Assembly: GCA_963804995.1 (NCBI GenBank)
Contig: CAWDSK010000005.1
Location: 640,001 to 704,000, forward strand
Source of the DNA: an uncultured Acidobacteriota bacterium
Lineage (GTDB): Bacteria; Acidobacteriota; Terriglobia; UBA7540
DNA length: 64,000 nucleotides
Direction of reading: 5' to 3'
This document shows, one piece after another, positions 10,291 through 20,900 of this stretch (the stretch's first letter is position 1; the number at the start of each line of letters is the position of its first letter). Below the pieces are notes generated by a model. The model made no database searches. It had not been told where the DNA came from and was given only the letters and a program-made list of their open reading frames with translations. A program made the translations under genes and the position numbers.

Positions 10291-11199
10291 TCAATCCGCT
10301 TCCTTCACAAAAGGAAAGCGCGATCGAACGGCCAGGATGTGGGCTTTCGTATCGCTGTTATAGAAGCCCACGGTGCAATTCAAGCGGAAGAAATACGCGT
10401 CCCCTGGCTGGGCAGGATGGAAGCCTTCGATGCCGTCCATCCCTCCGCCTGCGACCATCTTCCCCTGCCCATCCAGTACGAGATAGATTTCCTCGGCCGT
10501 CTCATGATGGTGCGGGAAGTTGGTGCCGCCCGGAGCGAAGTCCATGAGAAAGAGACTGGTCACCACGTAGCCCGCCGCAATCTTATCTCGCGTGCTGCTC
10601 CTGTCGCCCACCATCAGCTTGTAGAGCACCGAAGACGGGTGCCCTGCCACTGTCTCTTCCTTGACGTCTTCCAGATTCGCCAGCATGAGTTTTTGGGGCG
10701 GAGCGATGGCGATTTCGGCCGGGATCTTGAATCCCATCACGACCAGCCGGCAGTGCTTATCCGAAGATCCAGAAATCGTGTGCTTCACTCCCGGTGGAAG
10801 ATACATGAAATCGTTCTTGCGGACGGGGGCGCGCTCGTCCCCATATTGCAGAACTCCGCTGCCTTCAAGAATCACATAGATTTGTTCTTCTCTTTCGTAG
10901 GCGACGGCCGCGCAGGCACCCTGTGGGTCGACAGTGACCTCGCCAAAGCGGGCCACGCTTCTGATGATGTGGGTAGCGGAATCACCCTCGCCAAAAATCT
11001 GCTTGTAGTGGCAGGTGGGCGTGCTCAGGTCAGCGCTGCTCTCCCGGATGTCCGGGACATAACGGTGTAACCAGGTGGGGTCAACTTTTCGCTCGGCAGG
11101 GAACAACGAGGGCGCTATCAGCAGGATTATCGCGATCATGAGATTACTGGAAATTCGCGCCCCGCGATTGCGTCCAGATGATGGATGTTTACTTCCCAT
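10291..11199 (-). CDS. Secreted bicupin-domain protein
   Basis: Two cupin motifs (EEQIYVILEGSG...MYLPPGVKH; PHHHETAEEIYLVLDGQG) and a signal peptide. GGAGG RBS before ATG 11199. Confidence 0.8.
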   Translation of the reverse strand: MGSKHPSSGRNRGARISSNLMIAIILLIAPSLFPAERKVDPTWLHRYVPDIRESSADLSTPTCHYKQIFGEGDSATHIIRSVARFGEVTVDPQGACAAVAYEREEQIYVILEGSGVLQYGDERAPVRKNDFMYLPPGVKHTISGSSDKHCRLVVMGFKIPAEIAIAPPQKLMLANLEDVKEETVAGHPSSVLYKLMVGDRSSTRDKIAAGYVVTSLFLMDFAPGGTNFPHHHETAEEIYLVLDGQGKMVAGGGMDGIEGFHPAQPGDAYFFRLNCTVGFYNSDTKAHILAVRSRFPFVKEAD

Positions 11200-11395
11200 T
11201 TTGGTCGCCTCCAGGTTCATGCCCTCAGAAGGGAAGGCTCGCTTCAAACTTCCCACGGCAGTATTTGCGGATGACTGCAACGCCTGAACCACGAGATATT
11301 GGCAGGAATCCTCCTCCCTTGGCAAGTGATCGGAATAAATAAAAGGCGCTCTTACGTTTTGACTTGACCGGGATGCTGAACTACCTCTAGGTGGA

Positions 11396-12967
11396 TTAAT
11401 CCAGTCCGAACAGGGGGCGACGAGCCCGCTTGAATGTGAACCGAGTGGGGTTGACTGCGGTCAACCCCGGGGTGTCGACCGCAATGATGCGAGCCGCAAT
11501 AGGCTCATAGGCCGCGCGCGGCGCAATGGCTCCTTTGGCCACCAGAATCTTCTGCCGCTCGGGGTAGACTCCAACGCTGATTATCTGCTGCAGGCTGTCG
11601 GGCGACGAACGAGTGGTGGTCAGCACCAGGAGATTGGCTAGATCCAGAGTCGAGCCCTCTGCTTCAATGACCGCAGTCAGCCCCAGATTGTGATAGCGCT
11701 CTCCTCCGTGCCGGACCTCGGTCTCAATATATGTACCTACGTGAAGGGACCTTACCAGCCCCCGAACGCGCGTCGCGACACCGTGCATTTGATCCGTCTT
11801 TCCACCTACCAGAAAATCAAACGGCTTCCCCACACCGGCTTGTATCGCAGCGCTAACCGCCTCGGGGTCAGCGATTACTACGACCCAACCTTCCGCTCTC
11901 TGGCGCAATAGCTCCTGTAATAGGAAGGTGCTGTCGCCGGCGGAACCCCCGCCAATGTTGTCTCCCAGATCCATCAGGGCGACGGGAAACTTATCGCTCG
12001 ATATGGCCAGACTCACTCCTGCCGCGGCATCTGGCAGGTTAAGGACAAGCTTGTCCCGTGTCGCCCACAGCATGTCCGAAAGCCGGTGTGCCTGCTGTTC
12101 AGCCAAGGCGGGATCGTTGTCTGTAACGACGACCACGCTCGGCCCGACTTGCGGCACATCCCCCCACTGGTAACCTCCCGCAACGCTCACCGCAAGGATC
12201 CTGGGATTCTGCTCCAGCCGTCGACTTTCTTCGACAATGGGAAGCAGCGGCGGCTGTTTCGTATACTGGTACACGATGTTGTAGAGCATGGGAGGTTTCA
12301 CCACCGCCTGCACCGGCTTAACCTTCCCTTGCACTATCTCCGCCATGATCCGGGCCGCATGGATGCCACACTGCTTTGTGTCAATGTGGGGACATTCTTT
12401 ATAGGTGAGCAGGGCATTGGATAGCTGCACGATTTCGGGAGTGATATTGGCGTGAAAATCGTGGGTGACAACGATCGGAATCTTGTTCCCCAAAGCCTCT
12501 CGCACCCTGCGTACCAGCTCCGCATCGCCGCTGGGATAGCTCTCGACAACCATCGCACCGTGAAGTGCCAGCAGCACGCCATCGAGCTGGGGTACCGCCT
12601 GGAGCTGGCGGATCATCTCGGCCGTTATCGTATTAAAGGCCTCGTCGGTCACTAGCCCCTTAGGATCTGCCGAAACCACCACGGTCGGGTACAAGTCGAG
12701 ACCAAAGAAGCGGGCACCTTCGATATATCCGCTCAGCTCGGTGCTGGATAGGGAGTTTTTGCGGAAGAATTCCTCGCGAGAAGTCCGCAAGGGCCATCCG
12801 AAATCGGCCAGCCCCGTCTTAGCCGGGTTGAAAGTATTCGTTTCGTGCATCATGCCGGCAACGGCGATGTGTGGCTGACGTGGCGGAGCACCCAGCAGAC
12901 CGGCATGGAAGAGAAGAACCAGGAATGCCGTGATGCAAATCCGTACCCTTACGGCAGTAGCCAGCAT
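11396..12967 (-). CDS. M81-family (MlrC-like) metallopeptidase
   Basis: MMHETNTFNP, LALHGAMV, THDFHANI, PHID and DLGDNIGGG motifs. Confidence 0.88.
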   Translation of the reverse strand: MLATAVRVRICITAFLVLLFHAGLLGAPPRQPHIAVAGMMHETNTFNPAKTGLADFGWPLRTSREEFFRKNSLSSTELSGYIEGARFFGLDLYPTVVVSADPKGLVTDEAFNTITAEMIRQLQAVPQLDGVLLALHGAMVVESYPSGDAELVRRVREALGNKIPIVVTHDFHANITPEIVQLSNALLTYKECPHIDTKQCGIHAARIMAEIVQGKVKPVQAVVKPPMLYNIVYQYTKQPPLLPIVEESRRLEQNPRILAVSVAGGYQWGDVPQVGPSVVVVTDNDPALAEQQAHRLSDMLWATRDKLVLNLPDAAAGVSLAISSDKFPVALMDLGDNIGGGSAGDSTFLLQELLRQRAEGWVVVIADPEAVSAAIQAGVGKPFDFLVGGKTDQMHGVATRVRGLVRSLHVGTYIETEVRHGGERYHNLGLTAVIEAEGSTLDLANLLVLTTTRSSPDSLQQIISVGVYPERQKILVAKGAIAPRAAYEPIAARIIAVDTPGLTAVNPTRFTFKRARRPLFGLD

Positions 12968-13140
12968 GATTCCGCAATCTCCGTTATGGATTTTTTGCCC
13001 TACCGATAGAATACACCTGACCACCGCTGAACGCATATGAACATTGATGACAAAGCCGATCCGAAGATTCGTAAGTGAGGTTCATAATGGAAATGCGGGC
13101 TAAGGCCTCCAACGACGATCACCGCGCGCCCGGTGGAGGG

Positions 13141-14487
13141 TTACGCCGCAAATGCCGGCTGCTTGGCCTGCCACTTCCCGCGTGTGAAGTCCGGGCAATC
13201 CACGGTCGCGCCGCCCTCGGCGATGGATTTTTCAGAAAGCGGATTAATCACGCTCATGATGACAGAGTCGTACACGTCCACGGGGGTTTGGGTCTTGTTG
13301 CGCACGGCTTTTAAGAACTGGTTCACCTCGTGGTAATCCGTTCCGCTGTGCCCTTTCGCAATCTCGTCGCCGCTGGCGTTCCTGGAGCCGGGCTTGGCGC
13401 TGGGTTTCTGCTCTTCGGGTTTCCACCAGGCGTGGTCGTATTTCTCCTGGTAGGCATCGAACGATTCCCATTCCTCGTACTTCGGGCTGCGACCGTGCAG
13501 GTAAACGGCCTTGCGCTGCTCGTTGTAAAGGCCTTCGGTTCCCTGGACCTCCCAACGGTTATCGTAGGGCCGGGGCAACTGCATGTCATAGTTAATGACG
13601 ATGGTATTGCCCTTCTTCGTCTTCACCAGAGTTGTAACAATGTCGCCCTGCGCGTACTGGCGCTTGGCGTTGGGGTGGTTGGGGCCAAACTTGGTCGAGA
13701 AGTAATGGTTAATTCCCAGCGACCGATTGGCGAAGGAAACGACCTTGTCAAAGTAATCGCCGCACCCGATATCCATCCAACTGATCACCGGGCCGAGGGC
13801 GTGGGTCGTGTACTGGCTGGCGTTGTGCTTCACCAGGTATTCACCGCTCCAGCGCATGTTGCCCTCCGCGTCGAAGAACCAGTGATCGATGCAGTTGTGG
13901 GAGTGCGCGCAGTGGCAGTGCACGACCTCACCCAAGAGCCCGGCGCGAATCATCTTGAGCACTGCCAGGTTATCGCGCCGGAAGCTCCAGTTCTCGAGCA
14001 TCATACAGGGCACCCCCGTCTCCTCATGCGTGTTCACCAAGTCCCAGCACTCCTGGACCGTGAGGGCCGCCGGCACCTCCACCGCCGCGTACTTGCCGGA
14101 TTTCATCGCGCATACTGCCATGGGCGTGTGCCACTCCCAGTAGGTCGCGATCAGCACAGCGTCCAAGTCGCCGCGATACACCAAGCGCTGGTAATCCTCC
14201 ACGTCGCGCCCATAGCCTTCGGGACGCTTTTGCCCCGCCTTCTCCACCAGGGCTTGCGCGCGCTCGAGGTGCTCCTGGTTGATGTCACAGATGGCAGGGA
14301 TCTCGACCCCACCCATAGCCAGCAGCAGTTTTAAATGAGCGGTGCCGCGATCTCCGACTCCGATCATGCCCAGGCGCAGCGGTTTCTCTTCCTGCGCTGT
14401 GCCGAAGTTGAAAGCGCTGGCGAGCGCGCCCACGCCCAGCGTCGTCGCCGAACCGAGGAAATCTCTCCGATCGAGTTTCGCGTCCAT
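13141..14487 (-). CDS. Gfo/Idh/MocA oxidoreductase, GH109-like (alpha-N-acetylgalactosaminidase-like), Tat-exported
   Basis: DRRDFLG signal, IGVGDRG, ATYWEWHTPMAV, AVEVPAA, MMLEN, YTTHALGP, DFTRGKW. Confidence 0.85.
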   Translation of the reverse strand: MDAKLDRRDFLGSATTLGVGALASAFNFGTAQEEKPLRLGMIGVGDRGTAHLKLLLAMGGVEIPAICDINQEHLERAQALVEKAGQKRPEGYGRDVEDYQRLVYRGDLDAVLIATYWEWHTPMAVCAMKSGKYAAVEVPAALTVQECWDLVNTHEETGVPCMMLENWSFRRDNLAVLKMIRAGLLGEVVHCHCAHSHNCIDHWFFDAEGNMRWSGEYLVKHNASQYTTHALGPVISWMDIGCGDYFDKVVSFANRSLGINHYFSTKFGPNHPNAKRQYAQGDIVTTLVKTKKGNTIVINYDMQLPRPYDNRWEVQGTEGLYNEQRKAVYLHGRSPKYEEWESFDAYQEKYDHAWWKPEEQKPSAKPGSRNASGDEIAKGHSGTDYHEVNQFLKAVRNKTQTPVDVYDSVIMSVINPLSEKSIAEGGATVDCPDFTRGKWQAKQPAFAA

Positions 14488-14581
14488 TTCCAATACCTCC
14501 TCCGACCTGAGTTTTGATCGCCCCCACGCCTCACAAGGTCAAGCGTTGCCCCTGCGGACCCCGCCAGGGTGCGGCAGCGGG

Positions 14582-14622
14582 GTAGCGCAGAGTCTCGTGC
14601 TTTTCGAGACTCTGCGGCTTTT
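14582..14622 (+). repeat. GTAG-type REP hairpin
   Basis: GTAGCGCAGAGTCTCG-TGCTTTT-CGAGACTCTGCGGCTTTT; same architecture as the REP interrupted by the group II intron. Confidence 0.75.
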
Positions 14623-14805
14623 CGTTTGTTGCGTGCGACTTCGGATCAGCGCCTGGGACCTCATCTGTTCCCTATTCCCTGTCCCCTGCATTACCGCGTT
14701 ACGTGTCAAAGCCCTGTGGTAATAAGGCAGTGCATGTTCATCATATTAAGAACCGCATCAGAGTCTGAAAGGCACAGACTCGGCGCTGCCTGCTATGGCT
14801 ACCCG

Positions 14806-15450
14806 CTAACAACACTCCTCGCCCTGCAACGCTTTCTTCCCTTCCAGGCAGATGATTGGAACCGCAACCAGCGCGGCGGCGGGGTCTATCCAGCGGATAT
14901 GAAATACAGCATTGAGCACCAAGCCGGCAAGGGTTATGCCGGCAAGGTAGGCGCAGGTTGCTGACTGCACCGCGTCGGCGGTTAATGCCGCGTTGCGGGA
15001 CGTTTTCCCGGCTCTTCGCTTCGCCGAACTCAGCGCGGGCATGACGGCGAGCGCGGCAAGGGTGACGCCCATACCGATCCAACTTGTGTCGGGCCGCACA
15101 TGCCGCCAAAACGCGAGGGCAGAGCTCATGGTAATGACCGCGGCGAGCAGGAAGAGAAGAATGCCTGCGAGCCTCGTGGCCCGAGCCGTGCTCAGAGCAA
15201 GGCTTGGGAGGAATTGTAGAAGCACCACAAGCGCCGACAAGAGTTCGATGAGACTATCGGCGCCGAAGGCCAAAAGCACGGGGCTGCGTGCGCGCCATGC
15301 GGAAAAGAGGGCAAGGGCGCACTCAACCACCATCCAGATCAGCGTGAACACCTGCAACCGCATAATCTGGCGCGATAATTCGCCGGAAGTTCCTGCGCAT
15401 CCACACCCGTGGGTCAACGTCGCGCGCCCTCTTTCTTCTTCATAGCTCAT
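14806..15450 (-). CDS. Cation-efflux (CDF-like) membrane transporter
   Basis: About 6 TM segments; LLAFGADSLIE, ALTADAVQS, WIDPAAAL. Confidence 0.8.
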   Translation of the reverse strand: MSYEEERGRATLTHGCGCAGTSGELSRQIMRLQVFTLIWMVVECALALFSAWRARSPVLLAFGADSLIELLSALVVLLQFLPSLALSTARATRLAGILLFLLAAVITMSSALAFWRHVRPDTSWIGMGVTLAALAVMPALSSAKRRAGKTSRNAALTADAVQSATCAYLAGITLAGLVLNAVFHIRWIDPAAALVAVPIICLEGKKALQGEECC

Positions 15451-15454
15451 AGTG

Positions 15455-15624
15455 CCTGTACCACCGCCCCCGACGGCTACTTTTTGCGCTTGAATCCGGC
15501 TTGGGATTCAACCCTCGGTTATACCCGCGACGAACTCAAGGCCAAGCGCTCCTTTGACCTCATCAACCCTGACGGCGTGGGGGCTACCCGGAAGGCCACG
15601 GTCACGAAGATGTCGCGGTCATGA
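15455..15624 (+). pseudogene. PAS-domain fragment (sensor protein remnant)
   Basis: CTTAPDGYFLRLNPAWDSTLGYTRDELKAKRSFDLINPD is a typical PAS N-terminal motif; no start codon and no downstream domains. Confidence 0.55.
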
Positions 15625-15750
15625 AGGATCAGACGCCCCGACCTCGACATGCGATCAATCTACGCGCGATGCCGTGCGGAGGCAAGAGTGAACAAAGTCG
15701 GCGAACGCGGGCGGGTACGAAGAGCCGGGGACCTATGAGACTGGCCCTCG

Positions 15751-16530
15751 CTACTGGCTGTACTTGGGAATTATCTCATGCATGACTCTGTGCTGACCTC
15801 GTGGCGTTAACGCAAGGTCGCCATCGTGCACCGGCCGGACCTGTCGAGTATTAATGAGCTTAGTAATCGCCGCGTTTAACGTAGGAGTTTTCCTGAGCGG
15901 TGCGTACTGTCGAATCGCCGCTCTGCTGAGACGATTGCTGGCGGCGTGATTCAATAAGAGCAGAATTTCGTCAGATGCTGGAATATCGGATTCGAGGACC
16001 AGTGGCTGGCCGTCCAACTCGTGAATTAGAGTGTGCTGAAGTTGCACGATCTGAGCGATTGCTTCAGCAATAACCTGTTTGTCGGCAGTCCAAGCGAGCC
16101 GCAGAAACTCAGCGAACATCCATTTTCCAGCGTGCAAAACGAGCATGGAGTCCATGTAATTCGCGGTGTAAACGGGGGAGATGTGCACGGGTCCGCGATC
16201 GGAGCGAAGTTTGTATACCAGGCGGATGGCCCTGCAAAAATGGCGGCGGTCTCCTGCAGCGAGATTATGGGAATGCTTGTTATTAAAGTCTTCGAGGCGA
16301 TCACAGAGCGTGCCTGGCAAATCGCTGTGTGTGACCGCGCCTGAATCGAGTTGATAGAGAGCACGAGAAACCGCCTCACAGAGCCGACCTCCGTCGAGTT
16401 CTGCTGGTTTCCAATCGCCGGCAAGAAATCGTTGCTGCATTTCCACGTACCCATCCACGATTGCTTGGGCGAAGGCAGGGTCTACGACGGCTGCAAGCTC
16501 GATAGCGAGTTGATCCTTTGAAATGTTCAT
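15751..16530 (-). CDS. Hypothetical HEPN/Abi_C-like protein with C-terminal winged helix; putative defence effector
   Basis: Helical N-domain with GRLCEAV and YKLRSDRGPVH (Rx4-6H-like); C-terminal LALTPRG wing motif. Its ATG overlaps the upstream stop (ATGA). Confidence 0.6.
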   Translation of the reverse strand: MNISKDQLAIELAAVVDPAFAQAIVDGYVEMQQRFLAGDWKPAELDGGRLCEAVSRALYQLDSGAVTHSDLPGTLCDRLEDFNNKHSHNLAAGDRRHFCRAIRLVYKLRSDRGPVHISPVYTANYMDSMLVLHAGKWMFAEFLRLAWTADKQVIAEAIAQIVQLQHTLIHELDGQPLVLESDIPASDEILLLLNHAASNRLSRAAIRQYAPLRKTPTLNAAITKLINTRQVRPVHDGDLALTPRGQHRVMHEIIPKYSQ

Positions 16531-17744
16531 TGTTTTGTCGCCTTGGACAACTGCTCGGCGCGCTTCGTTCCGCTCGGCGTCAACTTATAGCCATCTTCAG
16601 TCTTGATAACGAAATCCTTGGCAGTCTCGCGCTTCAAGGTAACCTTAATAGACCGCTCTTTTTCGTTAAGGGAAAAAGCTGCGACTATGAAACGTTGTAG
16701 GTAAAGACCCGACGCCGCTTTGCCGCCTACCTTGTGAATGGCCCAGAGTGCTAGGATGGCCTTGTCGAGGATCGTCTTATCCTTCAAAATGAAATGACCG
16801 TCAATGTGGTCGGTGTGCTTCTCCCATTTCCCCGCCCATTCCTCTGCCAGTTGCGACCGTTTTCTACCTACCCTGCCGGTTGGCCTTGTTTCTTTTGTAT
16901 CGCGGCCTGGCTTTACTGCTTTGGTTTTGGATTCAGGAGTCCAGCCAGGATCAGCATGGTTAATGTCTAGAATTTCATTCAGCACCTGAATTGCTCTTTC
17001 TCGGCCCGCCTTCTTAAGGCGGATGTTGTCTCCGTCTATCTCCACCGCCATCTTTTGCCTTAGTTCATGGCGCGTGTTGTTATCCCACACTTTTGATGCG
17101 TCGAGTATTTTCCTCAAGTTCGTGACCGGGATTGGCTTTCTTCCGTGCAGTTCGTGCGCGTAAAGGAACAAGTAACTCAAGCGGCGGGCGTATTCCAGGC
17201 TACTGTCCGCCTTCAACCGATTTTCTTCGAGTTTGAAATCCTCGCCGTCGGGTTCGAAGATATTGCCGAGCCGTTCGGCATCTCCCGCCAACTGTGCAAC
17301 GGGTTTCGCCTCCATCTGGTGCTGCAGATCAAGCGGTTGGCCAGTTGTTCCAGCGCCCTGCGCTGGCGGCAACATAGGTTGCACGTGCGTGTCGTCGCCT
17401 GTTTTGAGTGTTCGCCTGCCGTGCGAAGCCAGCTTGTCTGAGAGCAGTTGATTCACCGTATCCCCGACGCTGCCAATAGCTGTGTCAGTGAAGCTTATGC
17501 GAAGAGACCGACTTCGCGTATCCTCCTGGAGCTCTAGAGTGTTCATCCGAGGAGCATTGCCGTTTGTGCCATTCCCGGCCGCACCGGCGCCGACGGTGGC
17601 ACCGCACATTACGCATGCCCGCGCATCCTTTTCGAGCAACTCCCGACAGTCTTTGCAGCGCACTTGCATGGCACAGGAAGCACAAAAGAACCCACGTTCG
17701 GCTAGAAGCACCCCACATGATGGACAGTTTTGCATTTGAGACAT
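16527..17744 (-). CDS. Hypothetical double zinc-ribbon protein with two winged-helix-like domains
   Basis: Four CxxC motifs (CPSC, CASC, CKDC, CVMC); IRLKKAGRERA and YKLTPSGTKRA wing-helix motifs. Confidence 0.65.
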   Translation of the reverse strand: MSQMQNCPSCGVLLAERGFFCASCAMQVRCKDCRELLEKDARACVMCGATVGAGAAGNGTNGNAPRMNTLELQEDTRSRSLRISFTDTAIGSVGDTVNQLLSDKLASHGRRTLKTGDDTHVQPMLPPAQGAGTTGQPLDLQHQMEAKPVAQLAGDAERLGNIFEPDGEDFKLEENRLKADSSLEYARRLSYLFLYAHELHGRKPIPVTNLRKILDASKVWDNNTRHELRQKMAVEIDGDNIRLKKAGRERAIQVLNEILDINHADPGWTPESKTKAVKPGRDTKETRPTGRVGRKRSQLAEEWAGKWEKHTDHIDGHFILKDKTILDKAILALWAIHKVGGKAASGLYLQRFIVAAFSLNEKERSIKVTLKRETAKDFVIKTEDGYKLTPSGTKRAEQLSKATKQ

Positions 17745-17916
17745 TGTTTATATCCTTTTATGAATCTGGACCTGCGGATAACATACACCTTACTGCCCCT
17801 GAACGCAATCGCAGCCGGGTAGCCACGGTCAATCGTACTTTGATTGACCGTGGGCCTTTACCCATGACCACAAACCCACGGTCAGGAAGGCACTGGCCGT
17901 GGCTTGTATCTACCCG

Positions 17917-20900
17917 CTAGAGGGCGGGCAAGGATTTTACGAGCTTCACGGTTTCAAGGCTCACGCGGATGACCTGGCCCACGAGGCGCACGATGTATTC
18001 GGGGTCGTCGGATCGATTGGGGTCGGAGCGGATGCCGCTGTGCTTGTCTTCCGTCACCTGGTATTGGTCAATCACCCATTCGAGGGCGCTGCGATTGCCC
18101 AGGCGGTATTCAAAGGTTTCAGGGGGGATGCCGCTTAGCGTCAAGGACTCGTTTACCTTGAGTGAGTGGTGGTCTTTCGCGAGGCGCATTTTGTCCTCAA
18201 CACGATAGGAGAGTGGAATCGTAGCGCCGCCGTCCCGGCGGCCGGTAGTTTGCCGGCGGGACGCCGGCGCTACAGCGCTCGTCTCGATGAATTTCAGCGG
18301 GTACGGTTCGAGCGTTTCGTAATCAATGTGCAGGTGCGCCAGTTCCTTCCCGGCTTTCGAGAATCCCCAGAAATCCTTCGCGAGCGGGATGCGCGGCAAT
18401 TCGCGCTTCAGGTTCTCCGCGTATTTGGCGCGGTACACAGGATGATGCAAAACACCGTAGACGTAATAGAAGATGTCCCATTTGGTGATTTTCTTGTCGT
18501 TGTAATAGATGCGGAAATGGTCCAGCGCCCAGTCGGTGATGTTTTCGTGTCGCGTCACCCCGTCAGACTCGTAGACGTAGAAGGGGAAGCATTGATGGCC
18601 ATCAACGGATGCACAGAGATGTAAGTCCGCAGGATGGTTCACCGCCAGTATATTTATCGAAGGAGACCGATACGCAAGATCGCTCGTCACAAGCATGCGG
18701 TTGTCGATTGCAGCCGTATCGTTTGGGAAGAATGAACGGCAAAGGCCCGGCGTATCGTTCAGCAAATCCGCCAGGTACAAGTAGCGTTTGGTGAAGGGTC
18801 GGTACTCTGCGGTTTTAATCCTAGACTCGTTAAACTCGGCATATCTTCGACGCCGCAGATCTTGCTTTAGGTCGCGGCTCCATTTCACCTTGGAATAGTT
18901 GAGGAAGCGGTCGAAGGCTTGCCCTTGGAGTTCCTTCCTGCTGCGCTTATACCGGTCAACCTCTGCGTTGTAATCCTCACAGAATTCTCGCACTCTATCT
19001 GCCAATTCGCCGCGACTGAAATCGTAAACCACTTCATCCCGATTGGTTGAAACCCCTAGAGAATAAGTCTTGAATATGGTCTGGGGCTCCAGCTCTGCGG
19101 CGCGGCCCTCCTTCGTTGCTACAGGGGGGAAGGTTTCGAATTCCTCCGCACCAATTGTCAGCCATTTCCCCGGAGTCAATTTTCCCCAATCCACCTTGGC
19201 CACTGTGCCAGTGCGCGACAACCAATCTAGTTTTTGTTCCTTGCGCCAGTTCTCCGGCAGCCGGTAGTAATGAAGTCTGTGTTTTCCGTCGTCTCCGCGC
19301 CGCACTGCGACCGTTACCCCAACTCCGACTTGTATGCCAAACACATTATGCGTCGTTCCGCTTAACTTGGGATTCTTGCGAACATTCCCGTGAAGGTCCA
19401 CGTGGTAGACGTCCGTGAAATCCTTTAACAGGTGTTCCTGCATGCCATCAAAAGCCTGCTGGTCCACGAAGCTGTTGTTTGAAATGAAGCAAACAATGCC
19501 GTCCCGCCCTTGGAGGCGATCGGTGGCCCAACGGAAGAACTTGACGTAGGGGTCGTACAACTTTGTTTTAAGCGTTGCTTTTGAGGCTCTTGCATACGTT
19601 TCCTTAATCCTACCGTCAATTTCCTTGTACTGCCTGTTCTTGTTGTTATCGTTTTCGTTTTGCTGGCCCATGTTGTAGGGCGGGTTGCCAATAACCACCG
19701 TGATGGGTGTCTTTCTTTGCCTTTCGACGCGCTCTGCGTTCTTCTCCGTTAAATATAGGTGGGGCTGGCTGGACTTGCTAAGGTCGAGCGTATCCACAAA
19801 GCACAGCCCTTCAAAGGCCTCGTACTCGCCAGTGAGCTCGAAGTAGGCGTGTTCGATGTTGAGCGAGGCAATGTAATACGGCAGCAGCATCACTTCATTG
19901 GCAAATAGCTGCTCGCGGTACACGCGCGGCAAGTCGCGGCCGGACATGCGGCGCAGCAGGTTCACGATGAAGTTACCGGTGCCGGTGCAAGGGTCGATAA
20001 TGTATACATCGGGGCTGGAAAGGCTTTTGCCAAATTCCTTTTCCAAGACCTCAGCCACGCTCGCGCACATGAAGTTGACGATTTCCTGGGGTGTATAAAC
20101 AATGCCCATCGTGTCAGCCAGCTTCACCGAGTAGCCCTGGAAGAAGCGCTCGTAAACGGTGTTCAGGAAGTGCTGCTTTTCGCTGAAGTCGGGCAGGGTG
20201 CGCGCGGCGTTTTCGATGGCCAGATAGAAACGATCCAGGCTCTTCAGGTACTCGGTGCGGTCGAAGCTATGGCTCACCAGGGCCTCAATGACCCGTTCCA
20301 CTTCCGCCGCGATGGCGTTGCGCTTCACGAATTCTGGGTTGTTGAAGATGGTTCGGAACAGGCGCTCGGTGAGCAGGTGCTGCACCAGCATCTCATCCAC
20401 GGCCTCAACGCGGATGTTGGGGTTCAGCGCAGTGCGGCAAAGGTCAAAGAACTTTTCGAAGGCGGCTTGGAATCCCGCATTGTCCTTGTGCGCCCGCTGG
20501 ATCTTCTCCACCAGGCCACGCGCGAGGTCCGGGACTCGCTCCTTGAATTCTTCAATCGCTTCTTCGAATCCTTCGATGTCCGGCTCGGTGTAGGAGAAGA
20601 ACTGGTTGAGAAGGGCGACCAATTCCTTCGGGTTGCCGAGCGTATAAGGCCCGTTGACCTTCTGTTTGTTCTGAAACAGGACGCCGGTTTGGGTGTCCTC
20701 GAAGACAATGTTGGAGAGCGGGTAGCCGCGCGCGATCTTCTTTTTGATTTCGCTGTCGAGATCGTCCTGGGTGTCTTTGGCTTCCCAATAGCCACGCGGC
20801 AGGCTGTTGCGGTCGCGCAAAGTGCCGTCAGGACGAATCAGCGCGCCGCCGGATTTCCCGGAAAGCTCCGGAATCAGCGTCCAACCCTTGAGCTTGGCGG

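Noticed and set aside
9733..11070. Long antisense ORFs (also 360-1196, 5221-6255, 7535-8536, 13330-14334, 20170-21165, 21746-22981, 49536-50591)
   Set aside because: They are shadows of well-supported opposite-strand genes in GC-rich DNA and have no recognisable motifs.
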